From: Scyliorhinus canicula
Lineage: Eukaryota
Assembly (NCBI RefSeq): GCF_902713615.1
Contig: NC_052151.1
Coordinates: 33,220,429 to 33,284,428 of the forward strand
Reading direction: 5' to 3'
Length of the DNA: 64,000 bases
Part shown: in pieces, positions 24,450 through 36,546 of the stretch
Numbering within the stretch: the first letter of the stretch is position 1
Layout: each line of letters opens with the position of its first letter
Notes under the pieces: model-generated
Databases searched by the model: none
Seen by the model: the letters and a program-made list of their open reading frames with translations, nothing else
What the model was told of the DNA's origin: nothing
Position numbers and translations under genes: made by a program

Positions 24450-25105
24450 TGTGACTGTCTCAAAATGGAGGAATGAAGGGGGTCATGTGACTTGCTATGA
24501 ACTCTGTCCAATAACAGATTTGGATGGTTTGGTTGTTCAGGTTAAAGTGGGAAGGAGGCAGCGGCTCGGTTGTCATACTGGGAAACAGGTGAAGATATTC
24601 ACACCTGTAAATGGCTAGGGTCGTTGTGCTGACAGTGAGTAGACTTTCAGTCTCCAGACCTTTGGGCAGAAGAAAAGAAGAAAATCTCCAGGAGATTTAT
24701 CCTGTGTGGCCAAACATCGCGGTGAAGCATCATCAGAGGAAGCTTTATTGTTTGTCGTGGATTTGGAAACATTCTGAAAAGGGTAGCACATTTATATGGT
24801 CACTCAAAGCTACTAATTGGCAAAATGGGGAAACCTGAAGCTTGGACGGACTGTGGACTGTATCCTCTAAAAAATAAAATTCATGGAGAGGGAAGTGTAA
24901 CATACAACTCAGGTGTGCGGTTAACGGTTGTGTTGAAGCATTGAAAAGGGTTAGCTTCTCTGTTCTTCAGAATATAAGTTGCCTACAAAATAGTGTTTAG
25001 TCAGTGCTGCTTTTTATTTGTTAAAATAAAAGTCTTAAAACTTGAACTCTTACCATTCAATTCCTTTAATTTGGTCACTGGGAATTCAATTTTTTTTTCA
25101 AGCTA
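24450..25105 (+). mobile_element. Possible decayed LTR
   Basis: Starts TGTGAC, AATAAA near 25025; no clear TSD. Confidence 0.3.
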
Positions 25106-26595
25106 TCGATAAACATCCCAATGAAGGAAAGGCTTCCATGTATAATCTACATCACGTCAAAGGTGCCTCACTATTTCTGGATGGTTAGAAGGCACAAGTG
25201 CCCTTCATGTCCAATATTGGGAGATCCTCTGAGGGATTTAACACTTAAACGGACAGTATTGATAATATAGAAATTGATTGATTTGCCCCTTGGGACTTAC
25301 GGCTCCATTGCTAAATTGCCCCCCCCACCCCGCCCCGCCCTGCTCCTCAACATACGAACATCTGAACAAGGGGCAGAAGGAGGCCATTCAGCCCCTCAAA
25401 CCTGCTCCGCGATTTAATAATATCATGGCTGATCTGATAATAACCTCTCGCCTACCCCTGATAACCTTTTATGAACATATGAACAAGGTACACCCGGCCC
25501 CTCCAATTGCCGTCACCGATGGCAAAATGGGTCACGTCATCACATGTTGGAAGTTTAAATTAGAGAAGGACTCTTTTGTAAACTTTTTTAACACAGGACT
25601 TGACCTCGTAGCCTTTGCACTGAGGAGGAAGGTGTGCGATTAGCTGAGCCGCCACTGACTCCCGAACATATTTGAATCAGCAGTGATATAACATAGATTG
25701 TTTCAAAAGATGAAGTGGTACAGTGTTGCGAAACTTCCTTTGTAAATTAGTAAACCAGGGACCAGCTCTTATCTAGTTCCAGGGATTAAATGGACTGTGG
25801 CAATATCATGTATTGCTAATTAAAGAGTGCTGAGAAGGACGTCTTTTGAGGTTCTGGTTCATTTAATTTGTCAGGGCGATTAGCAGGAGGCTAACATTGC
25901 TACTGACCCACACTGCACCTGATCTAATGGTGCTCTGCGCTGTTACTTAACACAAAATGAGAGGATGCTCATCCTCCGGCTCCATCATCCATCAAATTAA
26001 TGAGCACAGCAAAAAGCAGTTGACCTTACTCCTGACAGATAATATATTAAAACCAAGAGCAAAACGTGGGTTAGAGTTGAATTATTGGAAGCAGCTTTCA
26101 TTTGGTTTTCTAGCTACAGTGCTCCTCGTGATACAGAAGCTCATTCAGATGTGAATGAGACTGACAGAAGATAATTTACAACAACAAAAGGGCTGGGAAA
26201 AATTAAACTGCACAGCTCAGCAAAGTGGAAGTAAGAATCTTTATTCTCCTCTCCTGTCTCCACCTCAAGTGTTCAGCTTCCATGTCAGAGAGGTCCCACA
26301 GGCCCCAATCGACTTGGAGCGCCTCCCCCAGCCCACGGGCTTCGGGGTTTACTTGCCCTCGGCCCTCAGGCTGAGTGTATGTCGGCACCCAAAGCCAAGG
26401 CCTTCGAGCACCGCGGGGAGCCTGCAGGATCACGGGAAGCACCGGATGGTGTCAGTGAGCCGCTTCCATCAATTTCCGCGAGAGTTGCACAAGAGGAATG
26501 GGAAAACAGCTGATGGGCTGTCAACGGCAGTTCGACAAGGCCCTCCCCCCACCCCACACACACCCAATCGGGTTAATGAGATAATCTTTAAGTAA

Positions 26596-26921
26596 GGGCA
26601 GCACGGTAGCATGGTGGTTAGCATAAATGCTTCACAGCTCCAGGGTCCCAGGTTCGATTCCCGGCTGGGTCACTGTCTGTGCGGAGTGTCCTCCCTGTGT
26701 CTGCATGGGTTTCCTCCGGGTGCTCCGGTTTCCTCCCACAGTCCAAAGATGTGCGGGTTAGGTGGATTGGCCATGCTAAATTGCCCGTAGTGTCCTAAAA
26801 AGTAAGGTTGGGTTGGGGGGGGCCTACGGGTATAGGGTGGATACGTGGGTTTGAGTAGGGTGATAATTGCTCGGCACAACATCGAGGGCCGAAGGACCTG
26901 TACTGTGCTGTACTGTTCTAT
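26596..26921 (+). mobile_element. V-SINE (HE1-like) with CR1 tail type A
   Basis: Tail CAACATCGAGGGCCGAAGG..CTGTACTGTGCTGTA matches the 3' end of CR1 36547-37927. Confidence 0.92.
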
Positions 26922-27153
26922 ATATCTAAGGTTGTGGCAGAATTTCAGTTACGGGCTTCGGCTGCAAAGTCCAGCTCCGTAGTGCTGCTGGTGCCGGTTT
27001 TCGCAGATGCCTCGGGATTTGAAAATGTCAGCCCATCCGCTTCACGCCACTTGTGGCCCAGACCACGGGGCATGCCGAGCATAAAAATGTGTTTGCGTCG
27101 TCATGCCATGCAGGCACCCTATGTATGGAGAGTGGGAAGATCGTGACTTCATT

Positions 27154-27462
27154 GGGCGGCACGGTAGCACAGTGGTGAGCACTGTGGCTTCACAGCTCCA
27201 GGGACCCAGGTTCAATTCCCGGCTGGGTCACTGTCTGTCCAGAGTCTGCACATTCTCCCTGTGTCTGCGTGGGTTTCCTCCGGTTGCTCCGGTTTCTGCC
27301 CACAAGTCCCGAAAGACGTGTTGTTCGGTGAATTGGACATTCTGAATTCTCCCTCAGTGTACCCGAACAGGCGCCGGAGTGTGGCGACTGGGGGATTTTC
27401 ACAGTAACTTCATTGCAGTGTTAATGTAAGCCTACATGTGCAACTAATAAAGATTATTATTA
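27154..27462 (+). mobile_element. V-SINE with Rex-type tail
   Basis: Head, V core and TTTTCACAGTAACTTCA...AATAAAG(ATT)n. Confidence 0.9.
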
Positions 27463-27916
27463 TTTAGCCTCTAGAGTTGATTTTGTTTTGCTGTTTATTC
27501 TTTCAGGGATGTGGGCGCCACTGTCAAGGCCAGTATTCTGGCAATGCCCGCTCTTCCTGGCAGTAATCACAACACTTTCATCTTGAGTGAATCAGCTGAT
27601 CCCAAGATATTGGAGCCACTGAAATGAAACAGAGGCACTAAGGCTGGCTGACTGGTGACATGTGGTCCCCTCCATTGGTTATCCATATGTGGACAGTGTG
27701 CACATAATGAGAGCCAAGCTGTCACCAGGAACGTCATGGAGCAAACCAAGAACATTCTATAACAATGGTTCTGTTGTAAACACTGCTCGGAGCGGGAGAG
27801 CTTTCCAGCATTCGCTGGGGTACGTTTCCAACTTTGGAGTTTGCTGTGTGCTTCTCAACCTTACTGTCATGAAGATGCAACAGCTGTCATCAGGCCTTTG
27901 ATGTAGGCCATGGGGA

Positions 27917-28266
27917 GAATCATAGAATCATAGAATTTACAGTGCAGAAGGAGGCTATTCGGCCCATCAAGTCTGCACTGGCTCTTGGAAAGAGCACCCC
28001 ACTCAAGCCCACCCTATCCCAGTAACCCCGTAACCCAGTAACCCCACCCAACCTTTTCGGACACTAAGGGCAATTTAGCATGGCCGATCTACCTAACCTG
28101 CACATCTTTGGACTGTGGGAGGAAACCGGAGCACCCGGAGGAAACCCGCGCAGACACGGGGTAGAACATGCAGACTCCGCACAGATAGTGACCCATGCCG
28201 GGAATCGAACCTGAGACCCTGGCGCTGAAAAGCAACAATGCTAACCACTGTGCTATCATGCTGCCC
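27917..28266 (-). mobile_element. V-SINE with CR1 tail type B
   Basis: Tail GATGGGCCGAAT.GCCTCCTTCTGCACTGTAAATTCTATGATTCTATG. Confidence 0.9.
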
Positions 28267-28267
28267 A

Positions 28268-28357
28268 GAGAAGGAGGATGAGGGAGAGGAGAAGAAAGAG
28301 GAAGTAGAAGAAAAGGAAGAGGAGAACAAGGAGGGGGATGACAAGGAGGAGGAAAAG
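28268..28357. repeat. Purine-rich (GAG/GAA) low-complexity tract
   Basis: Directly visible. Confidence 0.8.
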
Positions 28358-28667
28358 GATCTCTACTGCTTCACTATTCCCCCGCTTTCCTCTGCTACCC
28401 ACTGTTAGAGAGTCCTTCAGGCCTGAAACCTGAAATAAAGACAGCATAGAAAAAATGACACAACAATTTTATCCAAAAAACACTTTCAATAATACATAAA
28501 AAGTTCAACTGTACAAGACTGTGAATTGCTTTCATGCCTGTCTTCCCTGCTCTGAGTTCTCCTATACCATGCCACCCCAGTAGCTACAACATGGCTGCAG
28601 ACTTTCACTGGGGGAGACTGCAGATAGTCTTGCAGGGTGACCTTGAGTAGCTTTGGCTCTTGAGGAC

Positions 28668-29058
28668 TGATGTGTTGGGCAGGCTGGGTCTGCTTGATGC
28701 AGTGTCGCGAGAGACAGACCTCCAACACTTGGCGAGATGCAACACGATTTTATTTGACATCTAACTATTTTACATGTTCAACTGTGAGTTGACACTATGC
28801 TAAATTGACTGGAGACCTGAGGCTAGCCTGACCAGACTTACTGACTACCACATGGTGTTTGCACTGGCTATGCCCACGAGCTCTGACTGTCTCAGAGGCT
28901 GGATCCCGAGAGAGCGGGAAAACTAGTGCCCTCTGACTTTATAGTGGTCGTGTCCTGTCTGATGATTGGTTGCTCTGTTCTGTGTGCTTACTGGTCATCC
29001 TGTGTGTCAATCACTGCCTGTCTGCACTCCATCGTATACATAGATGTATATTATGACA
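28668..29058 (-). mobile_element. Solo LTR (391 bp)
   Basis: TG...CA termini, 5-bp TSD AGGAC, TATAAA and AATAAA on the minus strand. Confidence 0.85.
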
Positions 29059-29679
29059 AGGACCTAGCCCCGGACTGTGCCATTTTGGAGTGGTAGCTGC
29101 ACTCTGGGCTGGCTGACTGAGAGGCAATGACAAAGGCACTGATGGCAAGACAATTGTGAGAGCATGAAGGCAGCATGGAAGCATTGGGGGTGGGGGTGGT
29201 GGGGGGGGGGGGGGGATAAAGAGGTCAGGTTAGAGAGGCCACACGGGAGGGTTAAAGGGGGTTACCATATTTGGAAGGTTGTTCCCAATGAGCACAGGGG
29301 TTCCCGACAAAGAAGGTACCCTCTTTCCTACCCCCAGCAGCCCATGCAGAGATAGCTGTCACGTTGTTCACCATTACCCTACCTTCCTCCACAGGCTGCA
29401 ATACTGCTGCAGAGGTGGACTGAGACTCTTATCTGTACACTTAAGCACCTCTAGAGGCCTATAGGCAGAGGGACTGCTTCATGCCTTACCCGCTGGTTGG
29501 GGTGGGCAGAAAGGTGGTGGACTTGCCACCTCCTTTATTTTACGTGTTCTACCTGCTTTCAAATACACCAGCGGGAGGGGGGTGGGGAGGGGGGGGGAGG
29601 GTGGAGGGCGTACAATTCACCCCCCCATTTACTCCTCGATCTCCATGGTTACCCATTCCAATTCCCTTCTCAACATATG

Positions 29680-29912
29680 TGTGATGACGGTATTAATAAC
29701 TGCTGTAAACGGTACCTGACCTTTAATACCTTTCCCCTTTAAGAGGCTTGGAACCCTGGGGGACTCCGCCTCTGGCTATGCCCCCAGGAAACGGTATATA
29801 GGATAAGGCTCCATGTGGTGAGCACACTTCTCTCGAATGCTGTTCAGTTCTCTGTAGACTAAAGCCTTTTGATTACCGACTTCGCTCTCGCGTCGTAATT
29901 GAGGGTGCCTCA
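29680..29912 (+). mobile_element. Solo LTR (233 bp)
   Basis: TG...CA termini, 5-bp TSD ATATG, TATATA box. Confidence 0.85.
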
Positions 29913-30474
29913 ATATGCTTGGAGGGTCTCTTGTCTTCTTGGTGAAACATGGCCTCCGGCCTCCTTTCTACCTCCCGGACTAGTGGTCCTGTCAATGCAG
30001 CAAAGAACCTTGGCTGAATGTTGAATATGCAGTCAGGCAGCAGCATGTGTTGCCTTGGGCTGCACATCGTCGGCATGGTGATGGACAGGTAGCACAAAAT
30101 TTGCATCCTGTATGCCTTGCTTCGATGAGCTTATCATACACTGAGGTTGCCATGCCCAGCAATGCATCTGATCAAACTTTTAACCCTCAGTTTTATCTTT
30201 TTTGAAATTATCCTTATCTTTATACGAGGCAATTATGTGACATTATTATTATAGTAAAATAGCCCCAAGTTGCTACACAGAAGCGTCGTCAAGCAAAATA
30301 TAACAGCAAGCCAAGAAAGGAGATAGTAGAGCAGAGCTTGAAGGAGAGGGCGCGTTTCAAAAAGCATCTCACAGAAGGACGAAGAGGCAGCAAATTCCAG
30401 AGCTTTCAGAATAGGCACGAGATGACAGGGAAGATAATGATGGAGTGACTAGAATTAGAGATGCGTAAGAGATT

Positions 30475-30785
30475 GGCGGCACAGTAGTACAGAGGTTAGC
30501 ACTGTTGCTTCACAATGTCAGGGTCCCTGGTTTGATTCCTGCTTGGGTCACTGTCTGTGTGGAGTCTGCACGTTCTCCCTGTTTCTGCGTGGGTTTCCTC
30601 CGGGTGCTCCGGTTTCCTCCTACAAGTCCCGAAACACGTGCTTGTTAGCTGAATTGGACATTCTGAATTCTCCCTCTGTGTACCCGAACAGGCGCTGGAA
30701 TGTGGCGACTAGGGGCTTTTCACGTAACTTCATTGCAGTGTTATTGCATGCCTACTTGTGACAATAATAAAGATTATTATTATTT
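30475..30785 (+). mobile_element. V-SINE with Rex-type tail
   Basis: Same family as 27154-27462. Confidence 0.9.
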
Positions 30786-31611
30786 TCCTTGAGGGGTTCC
30801 CATATCTCTGTGAGCTGCAGGGCTGGAGGTGATTACATTGACACAGAGGGCGAGGCCACATGGAGGGATTTTTAAACAAGGACGATAATTCTTCAATGAA
30901 GTCGTTTTCCAACTGGGGGCAGTGTAGGTCAGTGGGACCCAACGTGCTCTGCCCCGATGATCCTTCTAACCAAAGACAATAAGAGGAACATCTGCCTTTG
31001 CACATTGGGTAAAACACAGTTAAAGCACACACACTAATTTAGAGCACTCAAATTAACTCGTGTGACTCGCATATATTAATTTTATATCTATTTGACAGGT
31101 CAATGTCCACCCTACCTTCCAGTGCGTTTAGTGATACAGTATACAGATGTTCAATCCAAGGCCAAACATCAAGTCTATATTATCTGCAAGACTACACTGA
31201 GTACCTCATGGTGAAAGACTGACGCTGAGAGCTTTCCTTTGGAAATCTGCCCAGACTCTGTGACATTCCCTGCTTCAATCCCTGCTTTCTGAGAACGCTG
31301 CAGTCTCCTGTCAGGAGGCCAAGGAAAAGCTTCTTGTGCCAACATTTCTCTGTGAAGTTGTTTATCTGATCTGAAGTTAACATTGAATTGCTATTTGACC
31401 TTTGACAATGCACGCTGAGGATCCTTAGCAGGTGGCCACCAAGCCTCCTTTATTCCGGAGTATTTGATTTTCCTGCCTTTATTTGATTGGGAATATGAAT
31501 TACTTTGTTTCTGCCATGTAACTTTATTAGGTGCAGAATGCAGGGACAGGCACTGATCCAACAACTTGTCTGGTATAATAAGACACCACCTGCCTGGAGT
31601 CACCAGTGATA

Positions 31612-31948
31612 GGGCAGCACGGTAGCATGGTGGTTAGGATAAATGCTTCACAGCTCCAGGGTCCCAGGTTCAGTTCCCGGCTGGGTCACTGTCTGTGCGG
31701 AGTCTGCACGTCCTCCCCGTGTGTGCGTGGGTTTCCTCCGGGTGCTCCGGTTTCCTCCCACAGTCCAAAGATGTGCGGGTTAGGTGGATTGGCCATGCTA
31801 AATTGCCCGTAGTGTCCTAAAAAGTAAGGTTAGGGGGGGTGGGGTTGTTGGGTTACGGGTATAGGGCGGATACGTGGGTTTGAGTAGGGTGATCATTGCT
31901 CGGCACAACATCAAGGGCCTGTTCTGTGCTGTACTGTTCTATGTTCTA
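31612..31948 (+). mobile_element. V-SINE with CR1 tail type A
   Basis: Nearly identical to 32992-33349. Confidence 0.92.
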
Positions 31949-32799
31949 TAGATCAGCAATGGGACTACCAGTGTGGCTAATTGGAATGCTCTTTCAAAGG
32001 GCCAGCACGGACATGATGGACCAAATGGCCTCCTTTACTGATCAGTCTATGATTCTTTGAAGAAAGAATTACTCTTTTTTTTGTCTCTGTGGGACCGGAC
32101 GTTTTAAAAATATTGTTAGCTGTTTTTATGTTAAAGCAAAGGAACCTTATCGTTATTCCTGAATTGCTTTTATTTTGAATGGTTTTGTGCTAAAAAACGG
32201 GGGTGTTCATGAATAAAAATAACCCCAAAAGAAGAAGGTAGAAAGAGGGTGTGTTCAGGGTGTGCTGTTGCTGAGTTTTGCTTGTGCCAATGGATTGGGT
32301 TAGAGTACAACAAAGGTACAGCAACAACCCAGCTCTCCCCTCAACACCTCGGTGAAGGACTACTGATCTTGAAGATGTCATAATTGTGAGATTCATTGAC
32401 CTAAAGTGAGATTTGTTTCTTTCTTCCGACAGAATTCAACAATAGTCTGCTTTTGTGGCAATGCCGGTTGTAAATGAATGTAGTGGGACTGTCGTAGATA
32501 CACAGCTCTTCCCAATAGCATGATGGGTCAATGCACCACAAACCTAGGTTTGACCCCCCCCGGGCAGTTCACTCATCTCAGCCGGAGCAAGGTTTGTGAA
32601 CGCTCACTGAAATGTTGCCATGCCGCCACGTGACTGTGTAACCGAGGCAATTGCATGAGATCTACCATCGAATTTGAGGAATAAAAATAGATATCCAGCA
32701 GCGCAATCGGCAGAGCAACGCTTGTCCCTGTTTCTATAGTGACAAAGTAAAAATGTTCGACTGCTTCAGGAAATTGAACATTCATATCATTAGCTTTTT

Positions 32800-32975
32800 C
32801 GTGCATGTGAGTGCATGGGCATGTGTGTGAGTAAATGTGGGTGAGGGGTATGCATGGGCATTGGTGTATGTGTAAGTGAGGGTACATGAGAGTGGGAGTG
32901 TGTGTGCGGGTGCATGATTGTGCATGTGTCCATGTGTGTGCATGATTGTGTGTGTGCATGTCTATGTGTGTGCAT
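32800..32975. repeat. Degenerate (TG/CATG) microsatellite
   Basis: Directly visible. Confidence 0.8.
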
Positions 32976-32991
32976 TATCACAATAACATTT

Positions 32992-33349
32992 GGGGCAGCA
33001 GGGTAGCATGGTGGTTAGCATAAATGCTTCACAGCTCCAGGGTCCCAGGTTCGATTCCCGGCTGGGTCACTGTCTGTGTGGAGTCTGCACGTCCTCCCCC
33101 TGTGTGCGTGGGTTTCCTCCGGGTGCTCCGGTTTCCTCCCACAGTCCAAAGATGTGCGGGTTAGGTGGATTGGCCATGCTAAATTGCCCGTAGTGTCCTA
33201 ATAAAAGTAAGGTTAAGGGGGGGGGGGGGGTTGTTGGGTTACGGGTGTAGGGTGGATACGTGGGTTTGAGTAGGGTGATCATGGCTCGGCACAACATTGA
33301 GGGCCGAAGGGCCTGTTCTGTGCTGTACTGTTCTATGTTCTATGTTCTA
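32992..33349 (+). mobile_element. V-SINE with CR1 tail type A
   Basis: Head, V core and (TTCTATG)n tail. Confidence 0.92.
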
Positions 33350-34119
33350 ACATGTGAAGGGGTGAACTGATTCTCCTCTAGTCAACCTTCTCGGTAGGTT
33401 CCAACAAAGGTGTATGTTTCTTTTTCACAAGGAAACACCTTCTCCAACTCAGAATGTATTTAACTATTTAAGCTGTGAGCAATAAGGAGACAATCCAAGT
33501 TTTCTTGAGTGAAAGAAAGAGAACATTTATTAATCACTAAACTCAAGAGAATAATAAAAACACCACGTTGTATCAGAAGTCCAATAAAAGGAGCAAAATA
33601 ATATATGGTTAGGTGTCCTTTGTTGGTCCTTCAGGGATGGATTTTAAATGCTGTGGCTAATTTAGTTCAGTTGATTTCTTGGATGTGGTCGGATGGAGAA
33701 GATATTACGATTATGATCAGATCTCAGGTCACTGGTGGGCTGGCTTCTTGGGCCGGGTGACAAGTAAGAGAAGGAGAGTGGGTAGCCCTCAGGCTGTTTC
33801 CTCTGCTGAAGCCTTTCGGTGTCACTTGCCATCTCTTTCAGTAGCTGGGCTGCCTCGTCTTGAAGAACTTCACCCATTATGCGTTTCCAAGAGGCTTTGG
33901 GCGGGTCTTTCTGTGGCAGCATTTGCTTCAATATCCAGCACTCTGTATTTTTCATGTCTCTCCCTCAGTTTCGAGTTTCAATGGGTGCCTGATTTATAGG
34001 AAATGCCTCTCCCTTCACACTCCACTGAGGGTGATTTGTTTGTTTCACACATCTTGGAACATGGTCTCCTATTTTTAAGCAGTTTGCTCTGTCTCAATTC
34101 CATTTGCAAAATTTCCAGT

Positions 34120-34435
34120 CAGGAGCATTGTGAGTTCAAGTCCCCCTCTGGAACTTGAGCATAAAAATCAAGGTACCATTACACTGCCTTGCTGTCTTTT
34201 GGATAGGAGGGTATACCAAGGCCCTGTCTACTCTCTGAAGGGGACTTTAAAGATCTATGGCACAACGCCAAAGTCAAACTATGGGAATTATTCCCAATCT
34301 CCTGGTTGATAGCCATCAATGCTGCAACAACAGATTATTTGGTCACTACCGCATTGCTGTTTGTGGGAGTTTGTTGTGCAAGTAAGTTACCACATTTGCC
34401 CACATAATAATAGTGAGAGCATTTCAATTGGCTGA
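34120..34435 (+). mobile_element. DeuSINE remnant (SacSINE1/AmnSINE1-like)
   Basis: Deu-domain-like AACAGATTATTTGGTCACT..CATTGCTGTTTGTGGGAG. Confidence 0.65.
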
Positions 34436-34437
34436 AA

Positions 34438-34531
34438 GGGCATGGTGGCACAGTAGTTAGCACTGCTGCCTCATAGCTCCAGGGACCCCAGTTCGATTCC
34501 GACCTTGGGTGGCTGCCTGTGCGGAGTTTGC
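34438..34531 (+). mobile_element. V-SINE head fragment
   Basis: A and B boxes plus start of the V core. Confidence 0.7.
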
Positions 34532-34958
34532 TTCAGAGTTACTCAAACCGTGAAGGAGGGTGAATGGAGCAATGCTAATAGCTGTGTGTGTGCGGGAGCT
34601 GTCAATCACAGTCTAGTAAAATCAATGTCAAAGAGAAATGAATGAAAGGCTTGTAGATCAAAGATCAGAGGGAGTTTAAACCCAGCTGACTGTTTTCCTC
34701 TTTCCAGGAATTGACAGATGCTGCTTCCTGTGCCTGAGCCGGAAGGTGTATTGTCCAGATTAGTTTTTAAAGCAGTAATTTCTTTCACTGCCTCTGGTTT
34801 GTCCTCTAGCTTCCAGACAGGGTTTTTCTTCTGGGTTGTCTGTGGGTGGTCTCCTTATTTAGGAGGTCTCTGTGTGGAGTCTCTTTATTTAGGGGGTCTC
34901 TGGGGCTCCTTATTTCAGGGGTTCCTGGGGGTCTCTTCATTTGGGGTTCTCTCTATTT

Positions 34959-35260
34959 GGCAGCACGATAGCACAGTGGTTAGAACTGTTGCTTCACAGC
35001 GCCAGGATACCAGATTCAATTCCCGGCTTGGGTTACTGTCTATGCAGAGTCTGCACGTTCTCCCTGTGTCTGCGTGGGTTTCCTCCGGGTGCTCCGGTTT
35101 CCTTCGACAAGTCCCGAAAGACGTGCTGTTAGGTAATTTGGACATTCTGAATTCTCCCTCTTGTGTACCCGAACAGGCGCCGGAATGTGGTGACTAGGGG
35201 CTTTTCACAGTAACTTCATTGCAGTGTTAATGTAAGCCTACTTGTGACAATAATAAAGAT
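34959..35260 (+). mobile_element. V-SINE with Rex-type tail
   Basis: Same family as 27154-27462. Confidence 0.9.
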
Positions 35261-35269
35261 CACTATAAT

Positions 35270-35645
35270 ATTCAAATCTATTTCCCCTGGTCACTGACCT
35301 CTCTGTGAACAAGCTCTTCCCATCCACTCTATCCAGACCCCTCTCAGTTTTGGACATCTGAATCAAATATCCCTAACCCTCTTGTTTCAAAGATAATAAA
35401 CCCAGCCCAGCCTATCTTTCCTCGTAGCTGCAATTCTTCCAGTCCTGGCAACATGCTTGGAAGTCTCCTCTGTATCCTTCTGACAGAATTACAGACTGTC
35501 TAGTGATGAGGTGACCAGAACTGCACACGTTACCCAAGTGGTGGCCTAACTAATGTTTTATACAGTTCCAGCATAACCTCCCTGCTCTTGCATTCGCTAC
35601 CTTGGCCAATAAGCTGGCCGTCTTAACCATCGTATTGACCTGTAT
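35270..35645 (-). mobile_element. Old CR1 fragment
   Basis: CATCCACTCTATCCAGACCCC...GACCAGAACTGCACAC. Confidence 0.65.
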
Positions 35646-36057
35646 TATTGACTCAGACTGGCAGAGGAGGGAATGCTGCTGATTCCTGGTTTGGGGATGA
35701 AGGCAGCCCAGCAGGATGAGGCAGGTGTAAACCCTGCCTGCTTTGCTGGTCTCTGACACAGAGACAAATCTGTCACACTGTCAGACAATTTAGCATCTGG
35801 GGCGTACAGAAGGGGGATAAACCTTTTGAGTTATATTCTTCTTTCCGCCAGGAATGAAGTAACCTAGAAATGGTCAAGCCTTTTCTTGTAAGTAAACAAA
35901 ATGACATTCCACTGTTTCATTTGCACCATCTTCATTCAGAGCTTGGATGAAGCTGGTCCTAACAGTATGCGTACTCCATCCCTTCCCCTTACGGCCTTCA
36001 ATCTCCCAAAGTATCATCAGGACTATCAGATAAATAACTTTCTACAGCTGGTATTGA

Positions 36058-36402
36058 GGGCTGCACAGTAGCATTGTGGATAGCACAATTGCTTCACAGC
36101 TCCAGGGTCCCAGGTTCGATTCCGGCTTGGGTCACTGTCTGTGCGGAGTCTGCACATCCGCCCCGTGTGTGCGTGGGTTTCCTCCGGGTGCTCCGGTTTC
36201 CTCCCACAGTCCAAAGATGTGCAGGTTAGGTGGATTGGCCATGATAAATTGCCCTTAGTGTCCAAAATTGCCCTTAGTGTTGGGTGGGGTTATTGGGTTA
36301 TGGGGATAGGGTGGAGGTGTTGACCTTGGGTAGGGTGCTCTTTCCAAGAGCCGGTGCAGACTCGATGGGCCGAATGGCCTCCTTCTGCACTGTAAATTCT
36401 GT
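36058..36402 (+). mobile_element. V-SINE with CR1 tail type B
   Basis: Head, V core and type B tail. Confidence 0.92.
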
Positions 36403-36546
36403 GACTGACTGAAATATGTAGAGCCTTCCCTTCTTTCCTACTGCTGCATGTCCTGATTCCCATGGCATTGCTTTTTATACCCTAAGGCATTGTGCCCACT
36501 TTATCTTCAAGGGTAATTCAATATATAAATTCAATATATAAATTCA

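Noticed and set aside
26155-26595. 146-aa ATG-initiated ORF in unique sequence
   Set aside because: No recognisable domain or exon structure; the length is compatible with chance.
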